Below are positions 10,798 through 20,696 of a stretch of 64,000 bases of DNA, piece by piece. Source of the DNA: Mantamonas sphyraenae STR306. Lineage: Eukaryota; Protista; CRuMs. Every line of letters begins with the position of its first letter. Position 1 is the stretch's first letter. The stretch lies in assembly GCA_026936335.1 (NCBI GenBank), contig JAPMXV010000022.1:1-64000 (forward strand), given 5' to 3'. The translations under genes were made by a program, and so were the position numbers. A model generated the notes under the pieces. It worked only from the letters and a program-made list of their open reading frames with translations, was not told the DNA's origin and ran no database searches.

Positions 10798-13700
10798 TCA
10801 CCTCTTCCCAATTGCCATCATCGCCCTGTGCACAAGCAGCCCTTCCACAATCTCCTTCTTCACCATCCTCACCGCCCTCCTGTGTTCCTGATTGTGCACC
10901 GACCTCTTGCCCGGCACCACCACCTCCCTGCTGCTGTTGTTCCCGGTGTTCCCGCTCCCATCCTCCTCCTTGCTCTTCTTCTTCCTCCTCTTCTTTTCCT
11001 TCTTCACCGTTTCCTCTTCCACTGCCTGCTTGCCCTCCTCCTCTCGCTTCCTCTCCTCCCGCTCCCTCTCCACCCGCTCCCTCTCCTTCCGCCCGGCCTC
11101 CCGCACACGCTCAAACTCCCGCTTCCCGGCCTCCATCATCGCCCGGTGCACAATGTCATCCATCACCAACCCCTTCACCATCCGCACCACCCGCCTGTGC
11201 TCCCGGTTCAGATTCGATCCCTTGCTCGGCAGAAATTCAGACTCCTCCACTGCCGTCGCCACCACCTTCTTCTTCCTCCGCTTCTTCTCCTTCTTCACCT
11301 GCACCTCCTCCGCCACTGGCTTCTCCTCTTCCCGCTTCCTCTCTTCCCGCGCCCTCTCCTGCCGCTCCCGCTCCAGCTGCATCCTCTGCCTCCTCCCCGC
11401 TTCCCTCACGCGCTCAAATTCCTTTTTGCCCACCTCCATCATCGCACGATGCACAATCTCGTCCACCACCAGGCCCTTCACCATACGCGCTACCCTCGCA
11501 CTGCCCTTCTTTGCGCTCACTCCTCCCCCGCCCACTGCCACTGCCTTTCTGCTCTTTCCACGTCGCTTCCACTCCCGTCGCCCCACCTCCAGCATCACCT
11601 CGTGCAGCACCTCGTCCACCACAAGCCCTCTCACCATCCCATACACCTTGCGGTACTCCCGCGTGACCCCCTTGCCCCTCTTCTCTCCACTGTACGCACT
11701 GTACCCCTTCCGCGGCGACCCCCGTTCCTTCCGTTCCTTCTCCTTGCGCATTCTTGCGTTTCGAGCACGCACTTCTTCCATCGCCACACGCTCCTTCTCC
11801 CGAGCCTCCTCCTCTTCACGTGCCTTTCGTGCACGCAGCTCCTCCCCGCGCCGCGCCGCCTCCTCGATGTCCTTGTCCACAATGTTTGGCAGCCGCACAC
11901 CACCCCCTCCTCCACCCACCACGCGGTCCACGATCGCGTCCCGTTCCACACTCCGGTAATCCACGCTTTGCCCCTCCAGACCCAGGCCGTGCATCTCCAG
12001 GATGGCCCGAAATCCCCCGGCTCCCTCGCGCGCCGCGAACCGCACATACCCCACCGCCCGCTCGTTCGCCCCACCCACCAGCCGTGCCACAAGCTCCAAC
12101 GCAAGCACCTGCTTCACACGCACCCCGTCCTCTTCCCACCCGCCTCGCTCCATTCGCCACCGCAACTCCTCGTGCACACACACCCCCAGCCGCACCAGCC
12201 GCTCCCCGTACACAGGGAACCTGTCTGCGAGCAACACCAGCACCATGGCCACCAGTCTCCCATGCCACGCATCCGACACCGCATGCCCTGCCACTCCCTC
12301 CACCATCTCTCCTGCCAGCTCCTCGCTCATCGTAGGGTGCTTCGCCATCGCAAGCAGAACATCGCAGTCCAGCGCGTCCACCCCTCCCTTGTCCAGCGCC
12401 GCAACCACAGGCCCCACAAGCAGCTTCACCGGAAGCACTGCCTGCTGCTCAAGCAGCAGCGCAAAGTTGCTCCGCACATAGTCCGACACCGCAGGCTGGC
12501 CCCGCTGCTCCACCATCGCAAATATCAGAAACTTGAACAGAAACGGCGCGTACGAGTCTGCCAGCGGCGCAAACGTGTGCAGCAGGTGGAACAGGCACGC
12601 CAACGTCGTCAGTTGCAGCGTCTCTGAACGTGCGCGCGACCCGCTCTTCAGCGCCTCGAAAATAGACAGCACCACGTGCGCGTCCTCCTGCACCGCCACA
12701 CGAAACACAGCCCACAGGTCCGACAGTAACATCAGCGCCGCCACACGTGTCTCGTCTCCGTACGCAGACCCGGCGTACTTGATTCCGTACTCCACTAGCA
12801 CCTCCAGCGCTCCCTCCTGCGCAAGCTCCGACCGCGCGGGCTTCGAGTCTGCCAGCGGTTCAATCAGCTCGTTCACAAACACCAGAAAGTCGCACGGCTG
12901 CCGAAACGCTGCCGGCAGGTGCCGTGCAAACAGACGCACAAAGTTGCCCGACGCAAACGTCTCAATCACAGGCACCAGCGCAAGTTTCGTGTCCAGATGC
13001 CGACGCACGCAAATCAGGATGCTCGGAATGCCCCCCGACGCAGACACCAGCCAACGGTACGCCGCGCTCTGCGCACGCTCAGACCCTTCGTGCACAAACT
13101 GGTGGCCCAGCCGCGCAAAGATCCGGCACGCCCACAGCGCCACTTCCGGATTCCGCGACAAGAACGCGCTCTGCAGCACAGACAGCACCTCTCCGATTCC
13201 TCCAGGCTCCTCCACCAGCAGCGTGCCCAGTTCAGCCACCTTTTGGAACGTCGCATACAGAAACCCGTTCACCAGCGTGTACTTGCTCTTCTTCAGCCCG
13301 TAAATCAGGATTTTCTGCAGATTCGGCACATCCGTCGTCACCAGCGCCATCGCTTGCTCCTCGGGGATGTCCAGGCTCCCGGCAAGCAGCCGTGCCACAT
13401 GCTCCAGCGCCTCCCCAGAATGCCTGCTCGACGGCGACGGCGACGGCGTCATTGTGCCTGTAGACCCCACCGGCGACATTGACGAAAACGCAAAGGCCAG
13501 CAACGGCGACGACGACGACGATCCGCCCCCGCCCGCTTCCTCGCCCTCCTCGGGACTGCTCTCTACGCGCCCCACCGCCTGGCCCTTCTTTTCCACCGGT
13601 TTCAGGTTGCCCATCTGCTGTTGAATGTACAAGTCGTCCAGAAACTCCACCAGAATGTCCGTGTCCCCACCCAAGATCATCTGAAGCAGCTCCTGGTCGA

Positions 13701-14250
13701 TGTCAATCCCAAACCGATCCAGCACATCCGACAGCGCCGACCAGTTGTATGCCGCCACAGCTTGGCTGTCCTTGTCGTCCGACAGCGTCTTTGGATCCAC
13801 CTTGCGCATCCCGTACGTCGACGCTGTAACGGTCGGCAGTGCCCGCCGCCCCCACGCGTCAGTACATGCCCTCCTGCCCGCATCCGCCCCTCCCACGCCC
13901 CACACACATACCAATGGTGTTCATCAGGTCCAGGATAAGCGATCCGTTCAGCAGCTGGTTGGCTGTAACCCGGCCCCGTTCGCCGCGAAAACCACACTCC
14001 CGCAGTGTCAGCCCACTTTGCACTTCCTCACCCACCCCACGCCCTCTTCTCTCCACCTCCCTTCCCTGCCTGCCCCTCCTTCCTCTCCCGCCGGGTTGTT
14101 CTTGTCCCACCGCGGCCCAAGTCCGCCATTCTGCAACCTACTTGTTCGCACCGACAACGTCACGTGCTCCTGACTCGCTTTGCGCACAGAAGACGGCAGC
14201 AGCACCTTGTTGTCTACAAGCCACCCGTACACAGCCTTGGAAATAATCAT
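10798..14250 (-). CDS. Large protein with an N-terminal CH-like domain, a helical/ARM-like middle and a charged C-terminus with repeats; 2 introns at the 5' end
   Basis: ORF 10798-13914 plus two upstream exons joined in phase (MIISKAVYGWL...; TNQLLNGSLILDL...). YNWSALSDVL resembles CH-like domains. The motif MVKGLVxDxIVHRAMMExGKR is repeated about 4 times. Confidence 0.75.
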
Positions 14251-14339
14251 CCACGTGGGAACCTTTGATGTTGAAACAAACAAACTTTTCTTGGCCGGCC
14301 GGCCGGCGCCGTTTTGCCCTCCTCTCTCTCACACACCCT

Positions 14340-14615
14340 TCACTCCTCCGAAGGCCACATCACCTTGCTCACACAGTCCCGTGTGATTCCCACCAACGTC
14401 TGACACTGTGGATGCCCCGCCCCATGCTCCTGCACGCACGCCTGCGCCGCCTCAATCTGCGCCCTGCAAACCCGCTGAATCTCCGGCAAGACCTTGGCCT
14501 TCACACAGGCATGGTACGCCTTTTCCAACGCCTCGCAATTCGTCCCAACCATGTCCTGAAACTGGGCCCGGCACGCAATCACTTTCTTCTTCTCTTCCAC
14601 GCACTCCTCGCTCAT
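14340..14615 (-). CDS. Quadruple CX9C (double CHCH, CHCHD5/Mic14-like) small protein, copy 3
   Basis: Starts MSEEC. Four exact C-x9-C motifs: CVEEKKKVIAC, CEALEKAYHAC, CRAQIEAAQAC, CQTLVGITRDC. Confidence 0.85.
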   Translation of the reverse strand: MSEECVEEKKKVIACRAQFQDMVGTNCEALEKAYHACVKAKVLPEIQRVCRAQIEAAQACVQEHGAGHPQCQTLVGITRDCVSKVMWPSEE

Positions 14616-14669
14616 CTCTCTCGCAACAACCACACGCTGCGTGCCCCGGCGCGACCCCCTCCACCTTCT

Positions 14670-14930
14670 TTACCGCCACACACCCCCGCCTCCACCCAAC
14701 GCCTCTCCCACACACTGTTCCGTCCTCCGCAGCGCCTCGTCACACAGGCCCGATGCCTCCCCGTACCGTTCCAGACACTTGGCCAGCTGGCCCAACTCCG
14801 TATGGCACTCGCGCACAACCACCTTTTGTGCATGCGCCTTGACGCACTCTACATACACCTCTTCCTCGTCTGTGCAGCTCCCGTCCCGCTGGCATGCCAC
14901 CAGCGCGCTCTCTTGCCTGCGGCAGCTCAT
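14670..14930 (-). CDS. Quadruple CX9C (double CHCH, CHCHD5/Mic14-like) small protein, copy 2
   Basis: Starts MSC. Motifs: CRRQESALVAC, CTDEEEVYVEC, CHTELGQLAKC, CDEALRRTEQC. Its ATG overlaps the TGA of the upstream copy (ATGA). Confidence 0.82.
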   Translation of the reverse strand: MSCRRQESALVACQRDGSCTDEEEVYVECVKAHAQKVVVRECHTELGQLAKCLERYGEASGLCDEALRRTEQCVGEALGGGGGVWR

Positions 14931-15338
14931 GCTTCTTTCTCTCCCGAAACGCACGTGTGCAGCGCCTTGAGCACTTCCCCACACTGTTCTGCCGACTCCT
15001 TGTGTTCCACAAGACACTTTTCCACCCGCTTGATCTTCAGCAGGCACGCCTCTGCCCTCTCTTGCCGATACACCTCGCTTGCTTCCCGAAACGCCTTTCG
15101 CTCCACTCGGCACTCGCTGTACCACGTCGAACGATGAGCACGGATGCACCTTTGCAGCGCCGACTCACTTGGTGAAACTTTCTGGGACGAGATGGTGCCC
15201 ACGCAAACGACAAACCTGAATTTGGCTGCCCCGCGCGGCTCGCGCTCTCTCTTCGCTCCCTCTTCATTCCTCCTCCCGCTCTCGACTCGGACTCACGCCG
15301 CCTAGCAACGCCAACCTCGGCATGCGCAGGCTGGACAT
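14927..15338 (-). CDS. CX9C (CHCH) small protein, copy 1, with a degenerate first hairpin; probable 5' exon 15338-15297
   Basis: C-terminal twin motif CLLKIKRVEKC-x10-CGEVLKALHTC. The main exon has no in-frame ATG. A phase-0 intron GTGAGT(15296)...CCCAG(15182) joins MSSLRMPRLALLGG in frame. Confidence 0.7.
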
Positions 15339-15387
15339 CCTCGAAAGTCCACTTTCCCCGCACACGCGTCCTGGGTCTCCAAGCGTT
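15307..15387 (-). promoter_or_regulatory. SECIS element (type II) with a non-canonical AGGA core
   Basis: Minus-strand RNA: helix I AACGCU/GGCGUU; core A-GGAC...CGAG with tandem GA/GA; 11-bp helix II GCGUGUGCGGG/CCUGCGCAUGC; unpaired AAA; apical mini-stem UGGAC/GUCCA. It lies in the 3' UTR of a gene with an in-frame UGA. Confidence 0.8.
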
Positions 15388-15401
15388 CCACATCCCCCTC
15401 C

Positions 15402-16001
15402 TCAGACCTCCACCTCCACCTCCTCCCCCTCCTCCTTCCCCTCTCCCTCCTCCTCATCATACTCCCCATTATACTGCACTCTCAGCGCGTTGTTTGTCCA
15501 GTTCAGCAAGTTGATGAACCCCACCAACACCGTCAACTCCACGATCTCCTCGTCGCTGAACAACGCCTGCATCCCACGGAACATCTTGTTCCCCACACGC
15601 CCCAAACTGTCCTCGTACACAGCCTCTGCATACCGCAGCGCCGCGTCTTCCCGCTCCGTGTGCAGCTCGCTGGACTCCAGCGACTCGATCTCTTCGAGCG
15701 CGATTCCAAGCGACTGCATGATGGACCGGTGCGCCCCGGTTCAGAACTGACAATTGTTCAACTCGCTGATCCTCATAATCACCTTTTCCTTGATCCCGCG
15801 CTCCAGCAGCCCGCCCGGGTACACACCTTTGCCCGACGCAGCGAAAAACTCCAAGATCTCCGGCCGCAACGCAAACATCTGCAGCATCTCCACAGGCATC
15901 TTGCCTTTCTTCATCAGCTCCCGCGACTCATCAAACGCCCCGTGGTCTTCCACGCTGTCCAGCGTCTTCTTCAGCTGTTCTGCATCGATGGACACCCGCA
16001 T
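15402..16001 (-). CDS. AhpD/carboxymuconolactone-decarboxylase-family oxidoreductase, putative selenoprotein (CxxU; Sec codon at 15741-15743), 199 aa
   Basis: ORFs 15741-16109 and 15402-15719 are in the same frame. Reading through gives KEKVIMRISELNNCQF-U-TGAH, matching the AhpD motif E-x(6)-S-x-x-N-x-C-x-x-C-x-x-x-H. The C-terminal half (EDAALRYAEAV...FSDEEIVELTVLVGFINLLN...NAL) is also typical. A SECIS lies downstream. Confidence 0.88.
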
Positions 16002-16212
16002 GCCGCTCCTTTCTCGTGCCTCCCACCTCGCACTCCATGGCCAGCACACACACAAACTCCAAACTCCCCTCCTAATCCATCGACTGCACCCCCCCAGCAC
16101 CTTCTCCAACCACAGCTCAACTCACCTCCCACGCCGACCCAAACTTTTTCTTCTCCACCCACCCAAAACATTCTCCCCCCCCGTCTCCCAGCTCCCCCCC
16201 CCCGTTGTCTCC

Positions 16213-17637
16213 ATGTCCCTCTCGCAAGCCTGCTTCGACGGTGACACCGCTCTCGTCGCCCAACACATCCAAGCCGGCGCAGAAATCGACACTCCTCTCG
16301 ACCTCTCGTTCCCCGTCCTTCAACCACCCTCCCCGTCCTCCCCGCTCTCTATCCAATGGGACAAACCCTCCTCCTCCTCTTCCTTCTGGACTCCACTTCA
16401 CATCGCCGCTGCCCGTGGCCACGTTCCGCTCCTTGCCTACCTCCTCTCCCTCTCGCAAACTCCATCCCTCTCCTCCACCACCACCTCCTCCCCGTCCTAC
16501 CACCCTCTCCATCTCGCCGTCATTGAGCAACACACACAATCCATCCAGCTCCTTCTCGAAGCAGGAGCCCCTGTCGACGCTCCCACCCCGCAAGATTCCT
16601 TCACCCCTCTTCACCTCGCCGTCTGCTGTCCAGACTCCACCAACTCCACCATCCTCCTCGAGCACGGCGCTTCTGTTGACCATGAGGCCGCCGACATGAA
16701 AACACCCCTCATGCGTGCTTCCCTCATGGGACACCTTGACACCGTCCAAGTTCTCCTCGACCACGGCGCCACAGTCGACTACACCTGCTTCAAGCACCTC
16801 ACTGCCCTCTCCTGGGCTGCCTCCATCATGGACAACGGTCCCGTCGTCCGCCTCCTCACCCAACACGGCGCAACCCTCGACGCAGGCGCACCGGTCAACC
16901 TCTCCTGGTCCCTCCTCATGATGGCCTCTCACATGGGCAATCTCGACGTCGTCCACGCCTTGCTCGATGCTGGTGACGACCCTGACCCAAACCCATCCCA
17001 CCGCCTCGATCGCAGCTCCCCCATCACCGTCGCTGCCCAGGCCGGCCAGCTGGACGTCCTCGAATCTCTCCTTCTCGCACGCACGTCTTCCTCACCACAC
17101 AAAGGCACCCCGCTCGCCCCACTCCTCTTCCAAGCTGCCCAGCGCGATGACATGCCTCTCTTTGCCGTCCTCTCGACGCACCATGGCCCGGACTCAGAAC
17201 TGACTCTTCAACTCGCCGAGTACGGCCACACCAACGCCATCCGCCACCTCCTCGACCACGGAATGGACCCGAACGAGCAAGGCTTTCGCGTCCTCCCCTC
17301 TGCCTGCGCAGAAGGCAACCTCAATCTCGTCCAACTCCTCCTCGAACACGGCGCAGACCCAAATCTCACCGATTCCTGGTCTTGCCTCCACTCTGCCGCT
17401 GCAGAGGGCTACACTCAAATCGTCTACCTCCTCCTGCAAGCAGGCGCAGATGTCCATGCTGTTCAAGACCAAGACTCCCATCACCAAACCGCCCTCGAGG
17501 CCAATCTTCACTGGATCCGCCGCACCCAGGTCATCCTCGAGCTCGCTTCCTTCGGCGCCGATCTCAACGCCTGTTCCTCCGACGACCGCAAGTGGATAGC
17601 CTCCTCCCTCGGCCACGACGACACGGACCACACATAA
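16213..17637 (+). CDS. Ankyrin repeat protein
   Basis: Multiple TPLHxA ankyrin repeats. Likely start MSLSQAC at 16213. Confidence 0.88.
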   Translation: MSLSQACFDGDTALVAQHIQAGAEIDTPLDLSFPVLQPPSPSSPLSIQWDKPSSSSSFWTPLHIAAARGHVPLLAYLLSLSQTPSLSSTTTSSPSYHPLHLAVIEQHTQSIQLLLEAGAPVDAPTPQDSFTPLHLAVCCPDSTNSTILLEHGASVDHEAADMKTPLMRASLMGHLDTVQVLLDHGATVDYTCFKHLTALSWAASIMDNGPVVRLLTQHGATLDAGAPVNLSWSLLMMASHMGNLDVVHALLDAGDDPDPNPSHRLDRSSPITVAAQAGQLDVLESLLLARTSSSPHKGTPLAPLLFQAAQRDDMPLFAVLSTHHGPDSELTLQLAEYGHTNAIRHLLDHGMDPNEQGFRVLPSACAEGNLNLVQLLLEHGADPNLTDSWSCLHSAAAEGYTQIVYLLLQAGADVHAVQDQDSHHQTALEANLHWIRRTQVILELASFGADLNACSSDDRKWIASSLGHDDTDHT

Positions 17638-17694
17638 CCAGCACCCCCAAAACCCGCGCCACTTCACCCAACACACACTCGCTCCCTTCCACCC

Positions 17695-19287
17695 ATGCAT
17701 CCACGCCCCTCGATCCTTGTGGTTGCTCTCTTCCTCTCCTTCCTCTGCACCCAATCCCTCCAAGCCGTCTCGGCTTCTGTGGCCCCCGTCCCGCGCACAG
17801 AATCCACGCGCTTCACCCTCTTGCACATCACAGACCTCCACGGCTGGATCAACGCCCATCCGCACAACGCCACCCTCAACACCGACTTGGGCGACTTTGC
17901 CTCTCTCGTCACCCACATGCGCGCAAACGCTGCAGACGCAGGTGAAGAGTTCCTCCTCCTCGACACCGGCGACCTCATCGAAGGAACGGGCCTCTCCGAC
18001 GCGACCCCCGTCCACGGCCAGCACATCTTTGAGGCTGTCGAACGCATCAAGTACGACGGCATGACCATTGGCAACCACGACATCGGCCACGAAACCACCG
18101 TCGAGCTCATGTCCCGGCCTGGGGGCTTCATTCAGCAAAAGGGCGCCTCCTACGTCACCAGCAACAGCAAGCTCACTTCCGGTGCCCTCGGCAAGCCCTT
18201 CACCGTCCTCACCACCGCCCTCGGCCACCGCATCCTCCTTCTCGGCAACATCTTTGCCTTTGATCAAAACGCAAACGACACCACCATCACCGATCCTCGC
18301 CAGTCCGTCGACTCTCCGGCCTTTGCCCAAGCCATGGCCCAGCCAAACATCGACCTCGTCATCTCCATGAACCACATCGATCCTCAGGCACAGCGTGACC
18401 AGCTCCTTCCTCAGCTAGGTGCCATCCGCAAGCACCACCCGTCCATGCCCGTCGTCCTCCTCTCCGGCCACCGCCACGTCCTCTACTTTGAGCAGTACGA
18501 CGACCAGGCCTTTACCCTCGAAAGCGGCAAGTACTTTGAGCACATCGGCCTCATCCACTTTACATACACTCCCGGTAAGGGCATCTCCGCCCTCTCCACA
18601 CACTGGTACGAAACCACCCTCGACAACTTCCTCGACCTCGCCGGCACCCCGTCCCGCCAGACCTTTGACACTCCGCTCGGCGCCGCCATCAAGGCAGACA
18701 TTGCCCAGTGGTTCAAGGAGCTCGACCTTGGCAAGGTCTACGGCTGTGCACCCCACACCTATGACCCAGACCTGCCCGTCGACCAGCCCGACAGCTTCTA
18801 CGGCCTCTGGGTCGACAGTGTCATGCCCTACATCTATTCCACCGTCCACAACGAGACAAACGTGCCCTTTGGCTTCACAAACACCGCCTCCCTCCGCACC
18901 CCACTCTACAAGGGCAAAGTCGACAAGAACGACCTCTTCTCCATCTCTCCCTTTGCCGACTCCTACGCTGCCTTTCCCAACGTCTCTGGCTCCCAGCTCA
19001 CCGCTCTTATCGACGCCGTCAAGAACGCCACCGACGCAGACGCCTACGGCTCCCGCTGCGGCTCTCCCACCCGCCAGGACGGCCTCGGTGCCTGGGCCTG
19101 GAGCCAGATGCCCATCAAGCCCGACGCCACCTACGACATCGTGGCCGCACAGTACGACTGCTTCATGCTTCGCAAGGTCCTCGTCGTCCTCTTTCCCAAC
19201 CGCCCCTGGAACGCACTCCCCTACGCCACGGACATCTCCTCCACCCAAGCCCTCGCCCTCTTCGTCACCAACGAATGGCCCTGCTGA
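17695..19287 (+). CDS. Secreted 5'-nucleotidase-like calcineurin-type metallophosphoesterase
   Basis: Signal peptide; motifs TDLHG, DTGDLIEG, GNHD, H, GHRH; C-terminal 5'-nucleotidase-like domain (ISPFAD). Confidence 0.9.
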   Translation: MHPRPSILVVALFLSFLCTQSLQAVSASVAPVPRTESTRFTLLHITDLHGWINAHPHNATLNTDLGDFASLVTHMRANAADAGEEFLLLDTGDLIEGTGLSDATPVHGQHIFEAVERIKYDGMTIGNHDIGHETTVELMSRPGGFIQQKGASYVTSNSKLTSGALGKPFTVLTTALGHRILLLGNIFAFDQNANDTTITDPRQSVDSPAFAQAMAQPNIDLVISMNHIDPQAQRDQLLPQLGAIRKHHPSMPVVLLSGHRHVLYFEQYDDQAFTLESGKYFEHIGLIHFTYTPGKGISALSTHWYETTLDNFLDLAGTPSRQTFDTPLGAAIKADIAQWFKELDLGKVYGCAPHTYDPDLPVDQPDSFYGLWVDSVMPYIYSTVHNETNVPFGFTNTASLRTPLYKGKVDKNDLFSISPFADSYAAFPNVSGSQLTALIDAVKNATDADAYGSRCGSPTRQDGLGAWAWSQMPIKPDATYDIVAAQYDCFMLRKVLVVLFPNRPWNALPYATDISSTQALALFVTNEWPC

Positions 19288-19428
19288 AAATGAGATTCAA
19301 ACTTCGAGGGGACATTGAGTGACGTTGTCGCGCACAGTGGCGTGCTGCAGCCTGGGGAGAACGAATGGCCCTGCTGACCTCCTCCTGCCCAATGAATCCC
19401 AAACAAACTCCCGTCCCCTCCCAAAACA

Positions 19429-20676
19429 ATGCAGTGGGCCTACTCATCCTGTAACAACATCCAATCAGAACTCCTCATCCTCCCTGCTGGCGCCCAGGAA
19501 ACCCGCGACGGAGCACACATCACCGCCGACGCCCCGCCCTACACAGACCTCGACGCCGCTGGCCTGACCCAGCTCTCCGGCGTCTCCTTTATCATCTTTC
19601 CAGGCAACCCAGGCCTCATCCGCTTCTACGCAGACTACATCATCGACCTGCACGCACGTCTCGGTCACAAGCACTCGTTCGTCGGCCTCGGCTACGCCGG
19701 ACACAGCAGGGAAGACCTCAACGACGGCGCAGAATACACCCTCGACCAACAAACCGAGCACAAAAAGGCCTGGCTCCGCATGCTTGCCGACGCAAACCCA
19801 GACGTCCAGTTTGTTGTGCTTGGCCACAGCATTGGCGCCTACCAGGCTCACCAGTGCCTCCTCGACGACGATTTGCCCATCGTCCGTGTCGTCAGCCTCT
19901 TTGGCACCTTTCAGAAACTCAACGAGGGCCTGACTCCCTTTATCCGCATGGCCATCCAGCCTGCAGCACGTGTCGGCCTCGCCAGCCTCTTGCATTTCTC
20001 TCCAGGCTTCCTCAAGCGCTTTCTCCTCGAGCTCACCAGCGGCTCCCGCGACGAGGTCAAGTATCTCGACGAGTCCATCCTCTCCTACCACCTCGTCTCA
20101 AACGTCCTCACCCTCGCCTACACAGAGACCCAACAAGTCGTCGACCTCGACCTCGACGCCTTGCGCAAGGTCCAGCACAAAATGATCTTTCTTTGGAGTG
20201 ACGACGATCCCTACGTGCCCCTCGACATGCTTCGTCACATGCGTGAACTCCTCCCAGACGCCCTCTTTCTCATGAGCGCTCCGGGCGTCCCTCACGCCTT
20301 TGTCCTCGGCTCTGCACACATCGTCGCCGAACACACCGCAGACCTCTTTCACGACTACCTCCCCCACAAAGACCTCGTTCAGCCCGTCGTCGTCCTCCGT
20401 GGAAGTGACTCGACCGACAAACGCACCAACGACGAACACGACCACGACCAAGACCAAGACCTCCTCCTCCACGATGGCCCATCGCCATCCACGAAACGAC
20501 GCAAAATGACTCTTGTTCCCCGAGCTGACCGCAAGAGGAGAGATGTGGACGACGACGACAACGCCCAAACCACAGACGACGCCGGTTGGCTCCTCACCTC
20601 GTCCTCGTCCTCGTCCTCGTCCTCCTCAAAGAGGCGGCGTGTCACCAACACCTCTTCATCATCGTCAACACACTAA
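19429..20676 (+). CDS. LDAH: Lipid droplet-associated hydrolase-like alpha/beta hydrolase
   Basis: FPGNPG motif, nucleophile elbow GHSIG, DxYVP and PHAFV catalytic motifs. Confidence 0.85.
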   Translation: MQWAYSSCNNIQSELLILPAGAQETRDGAHITADAPPYTDLDAAGLTQLSGVSFIIFPGNPGLIRFYADYIIDLHARLGHKHSFVGLGYAGHSREDLNDGAEYTLDQQTEHKKAWLRMLADANPDVQFVVLGHSIGAYQAHQCLLDDDLPIVRVVSLFGTFQKLNEGLTPFIRMAIQPAARVGLASLLHFSPGFLKRFLLELTSGSRDEVKYLDESILSYHLVSNVLTLAYTETQQVVDLDLDALRKVQHKMIFLWSDDDPYVPLDMLRHMRELLPDALFLMSAPGVPHAFVLGSAHIVAEHTADLFHDYLPHKDLVQPVVVLRGSDSTDKRTNDEHDHDQDQDLLLHDGPSPSTKRRKMTLVPRADRKRRDVDDDDNAQTTDDAGWLLTSSSSSSSSSSKRRRVTNTSSSSSTH

Positions 20677-20696
20677 ACTCCACTTCTCTCATCCAG

